In this document: in pieces, positions 18,902-28,675 of the stretch | Position numbering within the stretch: the first letter of the stretch is position 1 | Layout: the number at the start of each line of letters is the position of its first letter | Source: Candidatus Hydrogenedentota bacterium | GTDB lineage: Bacteria; Hydrogenedentota; Hydrogenedentia; Hydrogenedentales; SLHB01 | Reading direction: 5' to 3' | Length of the DNA stretch: 64,000 nt | Assembly: GCA_963674865.2 (NCBI GenBank) | Contig: CAXXYE010000009.1 | Span: forward strand, 704,001-768,000 | The notes under the pieces: generated by a model | The model's database searches: none | Told to the model about the DNA's origin: nothing | The model's input: the letters and a program-made list of their open reading frames with translations, nothing else | Position numbers and translations under genes: made by a program

Positions 18902-19636
18902 CTAATGAGGGAACAAGGGTCCCTCGCAAGCATCCCCCGGCAGGTAGTGGCCGGTGAAGTTCCGGCCCCACCGGTACGACGGACGAAACGCCTCGGCCAT
19001 GGGGCACCCGGCCTGCAGGCCGCGGAACCGGGCGGGAATCTCAAGAAAGGCGTCGAGTTCGTAACCGAATATATCCATCATCCAGGACGCCTGGCTGGCG
19101 TGCTGCCGAACCATCTCGACTTTCTTGTCGAAAACCGGGGTGATGTCGACGTAGAGTTCAGGGACGAAGTTGACGCCGGCGGGGGTGTCCATGTAGTAGA
19201 CGTGCGGGATGACTTCAGTCGGGGGCGACGCGGTTTGGATGTTGGGGATCTTTGCCATGGAGACGCACTCGTCCACAAGCCGGCCTGAAATGGAGTGATC
19301 CGCGTTGTAGTCGTTGGTCCAATGACAGATGACCACCTCGGGCCTGGCCTGGCGCAACGCCTCAATGAACTGCAGTCGGGTGTCTCGCGAGTCGATCAGG
19401 AACTCGTCGTCGAAGTCGAGCCAGATCAATTCCGCGCCCACCAACTGTGCGCCTTTCCGGGCCTCCTCAAGGCGTACGGCGGCGATCTCCTCGGGGGGCA
19501 TCGTGGACGAACCGCAGTTGCCGTTGGTGGCGACGCAGAAGAATAGCCGATCGCCCCGCGCGGCGCAGCGGGCTGCCGTGCCGCCGGCAAAGGTCTCGAT
19601 GTCGTCGGGGTGGGCTCCAACAAACAGGATGTTCAT
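18902..19636 (-). CDS. PIG-L/LmbE family deacetylase
   Basis: GAHPDDIE and NADH metal-binding motifs; YVDIT...K...HASQ and AEAF C-terminal motifs. Confidence 0.9.
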   Translation of the reverse strand: MNILFVGAHPDDIETFAGGTAARCAARGDRLFFCVATNGNCGSSTMPPEEIAAVRLEEARKGAQLVGAELIWLDFDDEFLIDSRDTRLQFIEALRQARPEVVICHWTNDYNADHSISGRLVDECVSMAKIPNIQTASPPTEVIPHVYYMDTPAGVNFVPELYVDITPVFDKKVEMVRQHASQASWMMDIFGYELDAFLEIPARFRGLQAGCPMAEAFRPSYRWGRNFTGHYLPGDACEGPLFPH

Positions 19637-19901
19637 GGCGATACTCCCGAGTGTCAGTGTGTCATGCTGAGTTTAGTAACGTATAATGCGGCCGGCAAGA
19701 CATATCAAGACAAGACCAGCCGCAAGGCCGATACCGCCTCACATTCGGCGCGCCGGTCATCTGCGCCATTCTCTCAGGTTCCTCGCTGACTGGGGACGAG
19801 GGAGGCCCGGTTCAGATGATCTACACCGATGAAGATCACTGGCCCGTTAAGTCTCACTTCCCCGATACGAAATCGCCGGGGCGGCCGGCAGATGGCTTTG
19901 C

Positions 19902-21782
19902 TCATCCCTCATAGACGATCTGCTTCAGTGCGCCTGGGGGCGGGGGCAGACGGCGGCGGAGCCAGCATTCGCCGATAGGGTCGAAGCGGCCGTACAGTTC
20001 TTTGCCGCCAACGCGGAAAGCCAACTCGCGGGGGCCGCCCTGCACGGCCATTTCCCAGCAGTCGTTCAGCGAGGATGCCTTCATTTCCTGCACAAAAGCG
20101 GCAAGCGCGTCCTCACCGGGGGCATAGCGTAGTTCGAGGCCCATGCTGCCGCCGTACCGGCGATGGGTTCGTTCGGGAAGATCGCGCTCCTCTCTCCAAG
20201 ATGCTAGCCGTAGTCCCACGAGCAGCCAATCGTTTGCTTCCTCGATGATGAGTTCGGGGTTGGTCAAGGCCGGGTCGCAAGCATCGAAACGCATGCCAAG
20301 CGCGACGTTTCCGCTGCGGATCACTACGCTTTCGCTAGGATTGGTCCTTTGCCCATTGTAGGCGGCGCCATCCACGAAGATTCCGTCGATGGTGTCGAGG
20401 CGAGGCAGGACGGCGAACATTTCCAAGGAGCGCACGGCCCAACGCTCTTGTCCCTTGGGAACATAGGCCACCAGGGCGGTCGGGCCCGATTGCAGCGCGA
20501 AGGGCCGGCCGTCGTCGCCCCAGAGACACGGGCCGATGCGCATGGTTGCGCCGCGATGATGATTGCGGTAAACGTGCTCGGAGTCGCCGGGGCGCTTGTT
20601 GTTGATGATGAAATGGGTGAAGGCTTGGCCGAGGTCTTTAAGCTTCTCAACTCGCTTGCCCGTCCGCGTCCACTGCGCCAAGTACGTCGCGTTCTGTAGT
20701 CCGTGGAGATGGCTGCGGGACGCGGTGCCCACCGCCAGGTTCTCGTCGAGCCATGTCGTCAGTTCAGCAATGTCGCCGGGCACGTAGGACAAATGCTCGT
20801 CATCTCCCAATTCGACACAGGCTTGTTCGGCGGAAGAAATCACCGTCAAAGGATAGGACTTCTCCAGGGCAATGCCGTCGAAATCCGCAGGTGTGTCCAG
20901 CAGCATCAGCGCAAACACGCCGGCATGGAGGTGGCAATGGCTCATTTCGCAAGGATAGGCGACCTCGGGGCAGTACAAGGCGTCCCACACGAGGTGGAGC
21001 ATCAATGGCGCGAGTCCGGAGCCGCCGACGAAGTTGTCCAGATACGCCCGGCCCCACGGCCCGGTGAAGCTCAGCAGCCGGGGATGATAGCGCCAGGCCA
21101 TTTCTTGCCACAGATGGCGGGACAGCTTCTCCGCGAGGCCGGCAGTCCTCGGCTCGCCGAGCAACTGAATAACATGGAGGTACGATAGGGTTACGGGATG
21201 ATAAGCGGGGCTGTTGAATTCGGGGATCGTCCCGTGCGCGGTAACCAGATCAACAAGCTTCTCAAGCGCGGCAGCCCCGGCCTCGACAAGCTCGGGTTTG
21301 TCGAACAGCACGCCTTGGGCAATGCGGATAGTCCAGTTCATGAGGGGGATGTTGGTGTTGCGGCCGCCGATAATATCTTCGCCGTCCTCTGTGTCGAGTT
21401 CTGCAATTGCCGACAACAGGAGGGCTTTCGTTTCCTCGTCGAGAACACGGCCCATCTTCTTGAGCATGAGCAGGTGCACACACACGCTCGGCGGACAGGC
21501 CATCACCTCCTCTCGGCGCAGCAAAGCCTTGGCGCGTTCCGCATCGCCGGGACCGCCCCGGAGGAGGTAGTTCAGAGCGCAGCGCATCGTCCCATGGGCA
21601 TACGGCTGGTTTTGCAATTCATGGATGAAGTCGCCGGTATCCTTGTCGCACCGGCGTTCGGCGCATTCCCAGGCCCAATCCAGGGCTCGCTTCGCGGCAG
21701 GGGACAGCTCGGGCGGGCTTCCTTCTTCCGGGAAACGGATAATGGATGCTCTTGGATACGCTTCTACATTCACGGGACTCAT
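19902..21782 (-). CDS. Hypothetical protein, probable alpha/alpha-toroid + beta-sandwich (heparinase II/III-like) carbohydrate-active fold
   Basis: Start re-assigned to ATG 21782 after GGAAGG. EFNSPAY and GPWGRAY motifs; helical N-terminal half and beta-rich C-terminal half. Confidence 0.55.
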   Translation of the reverse strand: MSPVNVEAYPRASIIRFPEEGSPPELSPAAKRALDWAWECAERRCDKDTGDFIHELQNQPYAHGTMRCALNYLLRGGPGDAERAKALLRREEVMACPPSVCVHLLMLKKMGRVLDEETKALLLSAIAELDTEDGEDIIGGRNTNIPLMNWTIRIAQGVLFDKPELVEAGAAALEKLVDLVTAHGTIPEFNSPAYHPVTLSYLHVIQLLGEPRTAGLAEKLSRHLWQEMAWRYHPRLLSFTGPWGRAYLDNFVGGSGLAPLMLHLVWDALYCPEVAYPCEMSHCHLHAGVFALMLLDTPADFDGIALEKSYPLTVISSAEQACVELGDDEHLSYVPGDIAELTTWLDENLAVGTASRSHLHGLQNATYLAQWTRTGKRVEKLKDLGQAFTHFIINNKRPGDSEHVYRNHHRGATMRIGPCLWGDDGRPFALQSGPTALVAYVPKGQERWAVRSLEMFAVLPRLDTIDGIFVDGAAYNGQRTNPSESVVIRSGNVALGMRFDACDPALTNPELIIEEANDWLLVGLRLASWREERDLPERTHRRYGGSMGLELRYAPGEDALAAFVQEMKASSLNDCWEMAVQGGPRELAFRVGGKELYGRFDPIGECWLRRRLPPPPGALKQIVYEG

Positions 21783-21935
21783 CGAGGGTCCTTCCGGGGT
21801 TGCAGGCAAGTCTACAGATCGTCTACGGACTGCATGGTACGCCGGGCCTACGTGTTTCCACGGTTGTGGCCGACACTTCATACATGAACCGGCGCTCGGC
21901 ATCACGAGCCGACTTTCATCATAGCAGAGGTTAGA

Positions 21936-21951
21936 CGTTGAGTTCTCAACG
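21936..21951. promoter_or_regulatory. Perfect palindrome CGTTGAG-TT-CTCAACG, candidate operator
   Basis: 7-bp perfect inverted repeat with a 2-bp spacer in the divergent intergenic region 21783-22157. Confidence 0.35.
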
Positions 21952-22157
21952 CGGGTATCTCCCCGGGGGCAGGATTGCCAACCGCGCCGTGACTAGCACC
22001 GCAACGGCAATAGGCGCTTTGCTGGCTGCCTGATATGGGGGCGCCACAAGGACGCCGCGCTCGAACAAGAGCTTCCTGCCGGAACACGCACTTGAAGTCT
22101 AGACACCTTCAAGAGTAATCATGACTCTGGCTGAAATGGGTTCCTGGAGCGATCGAG

Positions 22158-23342
22158 ATGAGTCAAGAGACTCTGACGCTTAACCACGCCGCGCGACGAC
22201 CTGAATGCGGGTGGCTCTGGATCGCTGTGGCGGCCGCGATCCTTATCGCGAGCTTCGCCTTGCCGACTCTCCCGTTTATGGAAGATGGGATTGGTTGGCG
22301 AGTCTTCGCACGCGTCTTCTCCGCGGTATTCTCTCTTGTCGGGCTTGGCGTCCTACTGATCCGCCAGGGCACGTGCGTGGACGGGCGGAATGGCGCCGTT
22401 CGGTATTGGCATGGTTTGCTTCCCTTTCTCCCCACACGTACCGTGCGTTTCAATGAGATCAAGGAAGTGCAGATGAGAAAGCTCGTGCTGCCTTCGCGGC
22501 ATGGCCGCTCGCACGTGTTCTATTCGGCCATCCTGGTCGGGCCCGAGCCGCACATCTTGGTAACGACGGAGAAAGACTATGCCGCCGCGCGGGCGGCGGC
22601 GGAGCAGGCTGCCGCGATAATCGGGATCCCATTGCGTGATCAGGCGATTGCGCCCGTCTACCGCGAGGACGGCACGGCGGTCGAAACGCGTCCGCCTGAG
22701 GCGCTCGACGCATCGCTGCATCAGCAGGCCGCTGTGTCGGGCGAGGCGCCGCCGTTTCCCATGCAGCCGGGCGACTGCCGGATTCGTGTCCACCGGGAGC
22801 CGGGCAGCTACGTCTTCCAAATGCCTGTCCTCCACCGCTCGCTCACGATGGCGCTCATTGTGGCAGCCTTTTCACTGGCGATTGCGGGAGGCCTCGCACT
22901 GATGGTCGTGCACAAAACACAATCCGATGATCCCATTGAGACACGCGTCTTCTTCTGGGCCGTTCCTGTCGCCATCGCGGTGATCGGGCCTGCCTTCGCC
23001 ATAGGGCGCGGGCTCAACAGGCGCCGACAGTGCGAAACCATCGTAGTCACAAAGCTGGCCTTGTCGCGGGAAGTACGCCAGGGCTGGACGCAGCGCACGG
23101 ATGAAGTGCCCATCGAACTCATCGAAGAATTCGGCTATACGCCGATGGCGGCGGCCTGGGCGAGGTCGTCGGACGTGGGTAGGCGGGAGAATTCACCCAT
23201 GCCGAGCGCGGCGATCTCGGCTGGCACAGATTTCAAGCCGATGTACCTGGGCCAAGGCCTCCGCCGTTCGGAGCAGATTTGGCTACACGACGTGCTCCGG
23301 TATTTGCTGGTGCAAGCGGGAAATTGCAGTGGGAAGGCGTGA
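22158..23342 (+). CDS. Hypothetical membrane protein with two (2TM + soluble beta-domain) modules
   Basis: RBS GGAG. TM pairs at aa ~18-67 and ~228-282, each followed by a beta-rich segment (VRFNEIKEV / VPIELIEEF). Confidence 0.65.
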   Translation: MSQETLTLNHAARRPECGWLWIAVAAAILIASFALPTLPFMEDGIGWRVFARVFSAVFSLVGLGVLLIRQGTCVDGRNGAVRYWHGLLPFLPTRTVRFNEIKEVQMRKLVLPSRHGRSHVFYSAILVGPEPHILVTTEKDYAAARAAAEQAAAIIGIPLRDQAIAPVYREDGTAVETRPPEALDASLHQQAAVSGEAPPFPMQPGDCRIRVHREPGSYVFQMPVLHRSLTMALIVAAFSLAIAGGLALMVVHKTQSDDPIETRVFFWAVPVAIAVIGPAFAIGRGLNRRRQCETIVVTKLALSREVRQGWTQRTDEVPIELIEEFGYTPMAAAWARSSDVGRRENSPMPSAAISAGTDFKPMYLGQGLRRSEQIWLHDVLRYLLVQAGNCSGKA

Positions 23343-23761
23343 GTCCTGCCGGAAAGACGCGCGCCATAGCGTCGCCCCATCCTTTGGTCTTTCGCGCGCA
23401 TTACTCCGCTCCGCTGAAGCCTCCTTGCGCCCTGCATAATGCGTGTGCGTGTGGAGCGGGCCAACTCCGCCGCGTACTGTGTATCGCCTGTCGCCGTTCA
23501 TACGCACGGACGTGCGGCCAGGGGGGGATGCGTGGGCCCACGAAGGCCCGCGCCCTCGATGACGCATATCACATACGTCCCATTTTGAGCCGGCCGTAAG
23601 TGCGTTGTGCCGTGTGCGCCTCCTCCTTTGCTATCCCCGGCGCTCAGGTTGAGATCCGGCTCTCGATCCTGTTAGAAGGCATCACTTTATTGCTCGAATT
23701 GGGCGTTATTGCTTGCGTTCCTATTCCGGTTCGCAGCATGCCAACGAGGAGAGGGGGGAGG

Positions 23762-26398
23762 ATGACAACTTCCGGGTTCTGTCCCAAAACAGCCACTTGG
23801 CAGATCGCTTGGCCGGGACGCGTGGCCCGACACGACCTTGTGTACTTGACGCCCCCCTGCGATCCAATGCAGGGCCTACCTCTCGGCAACGGCGATATCG
23901 GCGTCCTCTGTTGGTGCGAAGATACAAAGCTGGTCTTTGCCGTTAACAAGTGCGACCACTGGGGCGATGCTTCTTTTGGGCGGTTCAACAACTGGAAACC
24001 GGAGGAGGAGGAGTACAGCACAACGCTGCGGCACGCCTGCCGCTTGTACATCGATTTCCTGGCGCCCGTTTTCGACGTTTTCTATCTGTCCGATTTTCGG
24101 GGCCGTCTGAGCCTGGCGGACGCCTCCATAACGATCACCGCGTCCACGCCCTTTGGCGACGTGTCTGCCCGCGTCTTTCTAGACCACGATACGGGAGTCA
24201 TGTGTTGCGAAGTAACGAGTGCGCTCGAAGAGAGCATTCCCGTACACGTGACGCTGGAACGGTATGGTTCGAGGACGTTTTCTCACTGGTATTCCCTCGT
24301 GAACCGTGATGCCGCGATCGGACTCAAAGGCACGGAAACCGTTGTGGACGACAATGGCGCTTTCATAACTCACAAGCTCACCAGCGGCACATTCGCGGCC
24401 GGCTGTTGTGTGACAGGTAAGGGCGCCGCTGACACAACATTCTCTCGTGTCCATTCCCGCTCGGCGCGCGCCGTCGTCACCGGGAACCGGACAAAGACGT
24501 TACATGTGCTGCTGGCGGTTACTTCACCCTTGGCGGAAAGCCCGGTTCGCCATGCAGAAGAAATGTTGGCGTCGGCCCGGGAGAAGGGGATGCCTGCGCT
24601 TTACACAGCCCACGCGGAGGCCTGGAAGACGTTCTGGCAGCGTTCGCTGATGGCATCGGGCGATGATTACCTGGATAACCTGTGGCACCTGACGATGTAC
24701 TATGCCTACGCCTCCCAGCGGGGGGCATATCCCGGGCGGTTCATCGGCGGTTTATGGGGTTGGAACCGGGATGTTCAGCCATGGAACTTCTATTTCCACT
24801 GGAACCAGCAACAGATCTACTGGCCCTTGAACGCTGCAGGCCACCACGAACTCATGGACTCGTACCTCGCGTACCGGTTCCGTGCTCTGCCTCACGGTCA
24901 ACTGGATGCTCGGGAAGTGCTCGATGCAGACGGCACCATCGTATCGGACGTCTGTGAACGGCGCGGCTACAATTCGACAACACTTGCTAACCATACGCCT
25001 GTGGCCCAGATCGCCATGGAGTTCTGGCGCCAGTACCAGTTTACGGGCGACCGCGAATTCCTAAGAACCAGGGCGTTGCCATACATCGTCGAGGCGGCGA
25101 AGTTCTTCGAGTCCCTGTTTGAGCGGGCCCAGGACGGCAACTTTCATGCGAAGGGGGGGCTGGGATACGAAGGAAGAACTGTGCTGCGCGATGTGGTTAG
25201 CGAGATGGCGAGTGGGCGGGTGCTCTTTGAGACGGCACTGGCAGCCCTCGCCGAAGTGGGCGCGAACGAGCCACGGGCACGCGCCTGGAGAAGCATACTC
25301 GACGATTTCGCGCCGCTTCTCATCACTAAGGCAGGAACGGAGATGATTGCCAACGAGGACGGGAAATGGGTCCTCAAGCGCGGCCTGTTCAGGGGGGCGG
25401 ATACCTTCTCAGATGACATTTTCGCTGCTGGGTTTGGCATTGAGGAGCAGTGCGTTCTGACTTCTTTTCTGCCCCACAACGAACCAGCCAAGAAGACGGG
25501 CGTGCCCGCGAAATTTGTCCTGGCCCTGGAGCAGAATAGACCTCCTGAAGGAGAGATCCCACAGAGGTGGCGGGGGCGCGAAGGGATCTTCCCGTGGGTG
25601 GAGTTTGCACCTGTGTTCCCGTCGGGCCTCATCGGGCTCGGACAGCGCGGCACAAAGGCATTCAGGATGGCGGTCAACACGGCTAGAGCCTACGGCTACG
25701 CCGGGATGGGGTGGAATCCCCTGCCCATCGTGCTAGCGAGGCTGGGGCTCTCCGACGAACTCGAGCGAACCTTGGCTTTGTGGCCTGGACATTGGCAGTT
25801 CTACTGCAACGGGTTTGGCCACTACGGCCCGCGCGATACCATGAAGGCCGACGGGGCCTTGCGCTTCAGAACGACCCGCGTCAGAGACGCGAACCTACCT
25901 TCGGCGGCACGCGAAACCAACCTCTTCCCGTTTCCTGCTTGGCCGTTTCGCCACATGGGCATGGAATCCATGTCCGTGCTCGCATGCGCCATGAACGAGG
26001 CGCTGCTCCAGAGTCATGACGGCGTGATTCGTATCGCCCCGGCTGCGGGGAAGCGGGACGCGCGATTTACCCTGCATGCGGCGGGCGGGTTCATCGTGTC
26101 CGCGGAGTTGGCGCGTGGGGAAGTGCGCTGGGTGTGTATTCTCAGTCGCCTCGGAAGCGGCTGCCGTTTTGAGAATCCGTGGGCGAGAGCGTGGTTGTTC
26201 ACGAACGACGCCCCCCCTCTCTGCGCGGAAGGAGAGATCTTGGAACTGCGGACGAAGAAGGGAGAGGTGACCATGATCGTACCTAGCCGGGAGGCGATGG
26301 AGGAGTGGAAGACCTCTCCGATAGCGTGCGAAGCGAATCAGGCAAGCAAGACCCATTCGAGCGGAGAGGCATCCCTGGGACTTCCTCGACTCTTCTGA
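23762..26398 (+). CDS. Glycoside hydrolase, GH95-like (alpha/alpha)6 barrel with DUF5703-like N-terminus
   Basis: ATG 23762 after GGGGGAGG; GLPLGNGDIG, HAEAWKTFWQRS, WNQQQIYWP, YQFTGDREFL, EALLQSHDGVIRIAPA, LHAAGGFIVSA. Confidence 0.8.
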   Translation: MTTSGFCPKTATWQIAWPGRVARHDLVYLTPPCDPMQGLPLGNGDIGVLCWCEDTKLVFAVNKCDHWGDASFGRFNNWKPEEEEYSTTLRHACRLYIDFLAPVFDVFYLSDFRGRLSLADASITITASTPFGDVSARVFLDHDTGVMCCEVTSALEESIPVHVTLERYGSRTFSHWYSLVNRDAAIGLKGTETVVDDNGAFITHKLTSGTFAAGCCVTGKGAADTTFSRVHSRSARAVVTGNRTKTLHVLLAVTSPLAESPVRHAEEMLASAREKGMPALYTAHAEAWKTFWQRSLMASGDDYLDNLWHLTMYYAYASQRGAYPGRFIGGLWGWNRDVQPWNFYFHWNQQQIYWPLNAAGHHELMDSYLAYRFRALPHGQLDAREVLDADGTIVSDVCERRGYNSTTLANHTPVAQIAMEFWRQYQFTGDREFLRTRALPYIVEAAKFFESLFERAQDGNFHAKGGLGYEGRTVLRDVVSEMASGRVLFETALAALAEVGANEPRARAWRSILDDFAPLLITKAGTEMIANEDGKWVLKRGLFRGADTFSDDIFAAGFGIEEQCVLTSFLPHNEPAKKTGVPAKFVLALEQNRPPEGEIPQRWRGREGIFPWVEFAPVFPSGLIGLGQRGTKAFRMAVNTARAYGYAGMGWNPLPIVLARLGLSDELERTLALWPGHWQFYCNGFGHYGPRDTMKADGALRFRTTRVRDANLPSAARETNLFPFPAWPFRHMGMESMSVLACAMNEALLQSHDGVIRIAPAAGKRDARFTLHAAGGFIVSAELARGEVRWVCILSRLGSGCRFENPWARAWLFTNDAPPLCAEGEILELRTKKGEVTMIVPSREAMEEWKTSPIACEANQASKTHSSGEASLGLPRLF

Positions 26399-26467
26399 CG
26401 GGGGCTCCGCGCAATACGGGCGTGGTTGGGACACAGCGCTCCAGGCTCTATCAGAAAGGACGACCGG

Positions 26468-28492
26468 ATGAACGGCTCACAGGCTACGGGACAAGACGGC
26501 CCTTTCGGCAAGGCCTCAATCAGTTTTCGAATCGGCGCGCCGACTTGGCTGAACGAGGCGCGCTTCGAGGACTTGCTGGACCTTTTCGACCACAACGCAG
26601 GCGTGGTGGACGAGATCACGCTGTTCACTTCGGAAACGCATCCGCCCCTGCCTCTTGAGGTGATTTTCGAGCGGGCCCGCATTCTGAAGGCACGGATGGC
26701 TGCGGCCCGAGAACACGGCTACCGTTCTGGCATCAACGTGCTGGCCACGATAGGACATCACGAGGAGAACCTGCCCAATTCGCTCGCCGGCGACTTCACG
26801 CCCATGACGGATCAGGCCGGCAGCGTGTGCCGGGGATCGCTCTGCCCCAATGGCGAGAATCTCCGCGCGTACATCGTGCAAGTGTACGAAGCGGTTGCCA
26901 AGTCCGAGCCGGACTACATCTGGCTTGATGACGACATCCGGCTGGCAGGCCACAAACCCATCAGGAACTGCTGCTTCTGTGACACCTGTGTGCGGCTCTT
27001 CTCGGAGCGCGTCGGCCAATCATTCACGCGCGCTTCCCTCTATGATGTCTTCTCCGCCGGATCTATGTCGGACAGACTTCGACTGCGCCGGGCGTTGCTT
27101 CAACACAACCGGGACACGTTGAGCAACCTATTCCACCTGATCGAGTCTACCGTGCATGCCTTGTCGCCGGATATGCCGCTCGGATTTATGACGGGCGATC
27201 GCTTCTACGAGGGATACGATTTCGACACGTGGGCCGATGTGCTCGCCGGGCCTCAGAAATCATCGGTGCTATGGCGGCCGGGCGGCGGCACCTATACCGA
27301 TGAACGTTTGGTGGATATCGTCAACAAAGCTCATGATATCGGCAGGCAGACGGCGCTGTTGCCGGGCCACGTCCGCCGCATCCAATCCGAGGTGGAGAGT
27401 TTCCCCTATCAGCGCTTGAAGAAGAGCGTGCACGCCACCGCCCTCGAGGCGGCCACCTACATCGCCTCCGGATGCACTGGGGCGGCGTTCAACGTCCTGA
27501 CGCAGTATGACGAGCCGTTCGACGAGTACGTCCCCCTTGTCGCCCGTTTGCGTGAGGCCCGCCCCTTTCTGGATCACCTCGTGCAGGCCTTGGGCCGTGC
27601 GCCCCTCGTGGGAATTCACAGTGGCTGGGTGAAAGACACCTACGTGGCCAATAATCCTGAGGGCGGGTGGTTTGAATCATCCGCTACACCGCGGCACTGC
27701 GACGAGATATGGGGCACAGGATTGCCCGTGGCCTACGCAGCCGGACAGGCCTGCGTCACCGCGTGGTCGGGAGATCAAGTACTGGCCCTAACAGACGGAG
27801 AAATCAGGGCCGCACTCGCCGGGGGCGTATACCTCGACGGCCCGGCGCTCACGCGGCTCAATGAACTGGGCTATCGGGAATTGACAGGTTTCGAGGTCGC
27901 CGAAGTGCGTCACATAAACTGCATCGAGGAACTCACCGATCATCCGCTCAACGGAGTCTTCCACGGCCGGCGCCGCAACGGCCGGCAGTCTTTCTGGAAA
28001 TGCCCAACACACTTCTTCCGTTCAACTTGTGAAGGAACGCGGGCCCTGTCCCGTTGTCTGGATTACACTTACCAAGAGACGGGGTCCTGCTGCATGGGGG
28101 CGTACGAAAACAATGAAGGCGGCCGCGTCTGTGTGGCGGGATACTACCCCTGGGAGCAGTTGCAGAACCTCAGCAAGTCCGCGCAGATCAAAGCGGCCAT
28201 GCGCTGGCTGTCGCGGGATGCCCTTCCCGCCTATGTGGCGTCTTTCCACCGCATGAACCTATGGGTGCGCCGTCCCCGTGAGGGCGCCATCGTCATTGCA
28301 CTCCTGAACGCACACCTGGATTCCGCACAAGGCGTTGAACTCCTGGTGCACACCGAAGGCGACACACTGCACCTTACGACTATGCGTTGCGATCAGATCC
28401 AGGTGAAAGCCGATGGCGCTGACGGCCCGTACCGACGCTTCCTCTTGCCCAATCTTCCGCCGTGGGAACTTGCGTTGGCCGTCGTTGGGTAG
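26468..28492 (+). CDS. Hypothetical GH-like protein (TIM barrel + class-I GATase-like trimerisation domain)
   Basis: ATG 26468 after AGAAAGGA; LCP, PDYIWLDDDIRL, CFCDTC, WRPGGG motifs; GGVYLDG...GGRVCV C-terminal domain. Confidence 0.6.
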   Translation: MNGSQATGQDGPFGKASISFRIGAPTWLNEARFEDLLDLFDHNAGVVDEITLFTSETHPPLPLEVIFERARILKARMAAAREHGYRSGINVLATIGHHEENLPNSLAGDFTPMTDQAGSVCRGSLCPNGENLRAYIVQVYEAVAKSEPDYIWLDDDIRLAGHKPIRNCCFCDTCVRLFSERVGQSFTRASLYDVFSAGSMSDRLRLRRALLQHNRDTLSNLFHLIESTVHALSPDMPLGFMTGDRFYEGYDFDTWADVLAGPQKSSVLWRPGGGTYTDERLVDIVNKAHDIGRQTALLPGHVRRIQSEVESFPYQRLKKSVHATALEAATYIASGCTGAAFNVLTQYDEPFDEYVPLVARLREARPFLDHLVQALGRAPLVGIHSGWVKDTYVANNPEGGWFESSATPRHCDEIWGTGLPVAYAAGQACVTAWSGDQVLALTDGEIRAALAGGVYLDGPALTRLNELGYRELTGFEVAEVRHINCIEELTDHPLNGVFHGRRRNGRQSFWKCPTHFFRSTCEGTRALSRCLDYTYQETGSCCMGAYENNEGGRVCVAGYYPWEQLQNLSKSAQIKAAMRWLSRDALPAYVASFHRMNLWVRRPREGAIVIALLNAHLDSAQGVELLVHTEGDTLHLTTMRCDQIQVKADGADGPYRRFLLPNLPPWELALAVVG

Positions 28493-28675
28493 AAGCCATC
28501 TCAAGAACTCGTGAGAGTATGGACTGGCATGAAGCTCTTGTCCCGAGCGTGTTGATCGCCCCGGGCGAGGCTGCATAGTATGCCTCACAGGGCGGGCCAG
28601 GAATGGGCGCCAAGGGTGAGTTCCTCACGTGTCGCCCGCCGCACTTGGCATATCCCGACCAGGAGGAAGTGCAAT

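Noticed and set aside
18094..19044. 316-aa minus-strand ORF (and similar long shadows at 29141-30067, 38298-39239, 56964-57914)
   Set aside because: They overlap well-supported genes on the opposite strand; low-information translations typical of GC-rich DNA.
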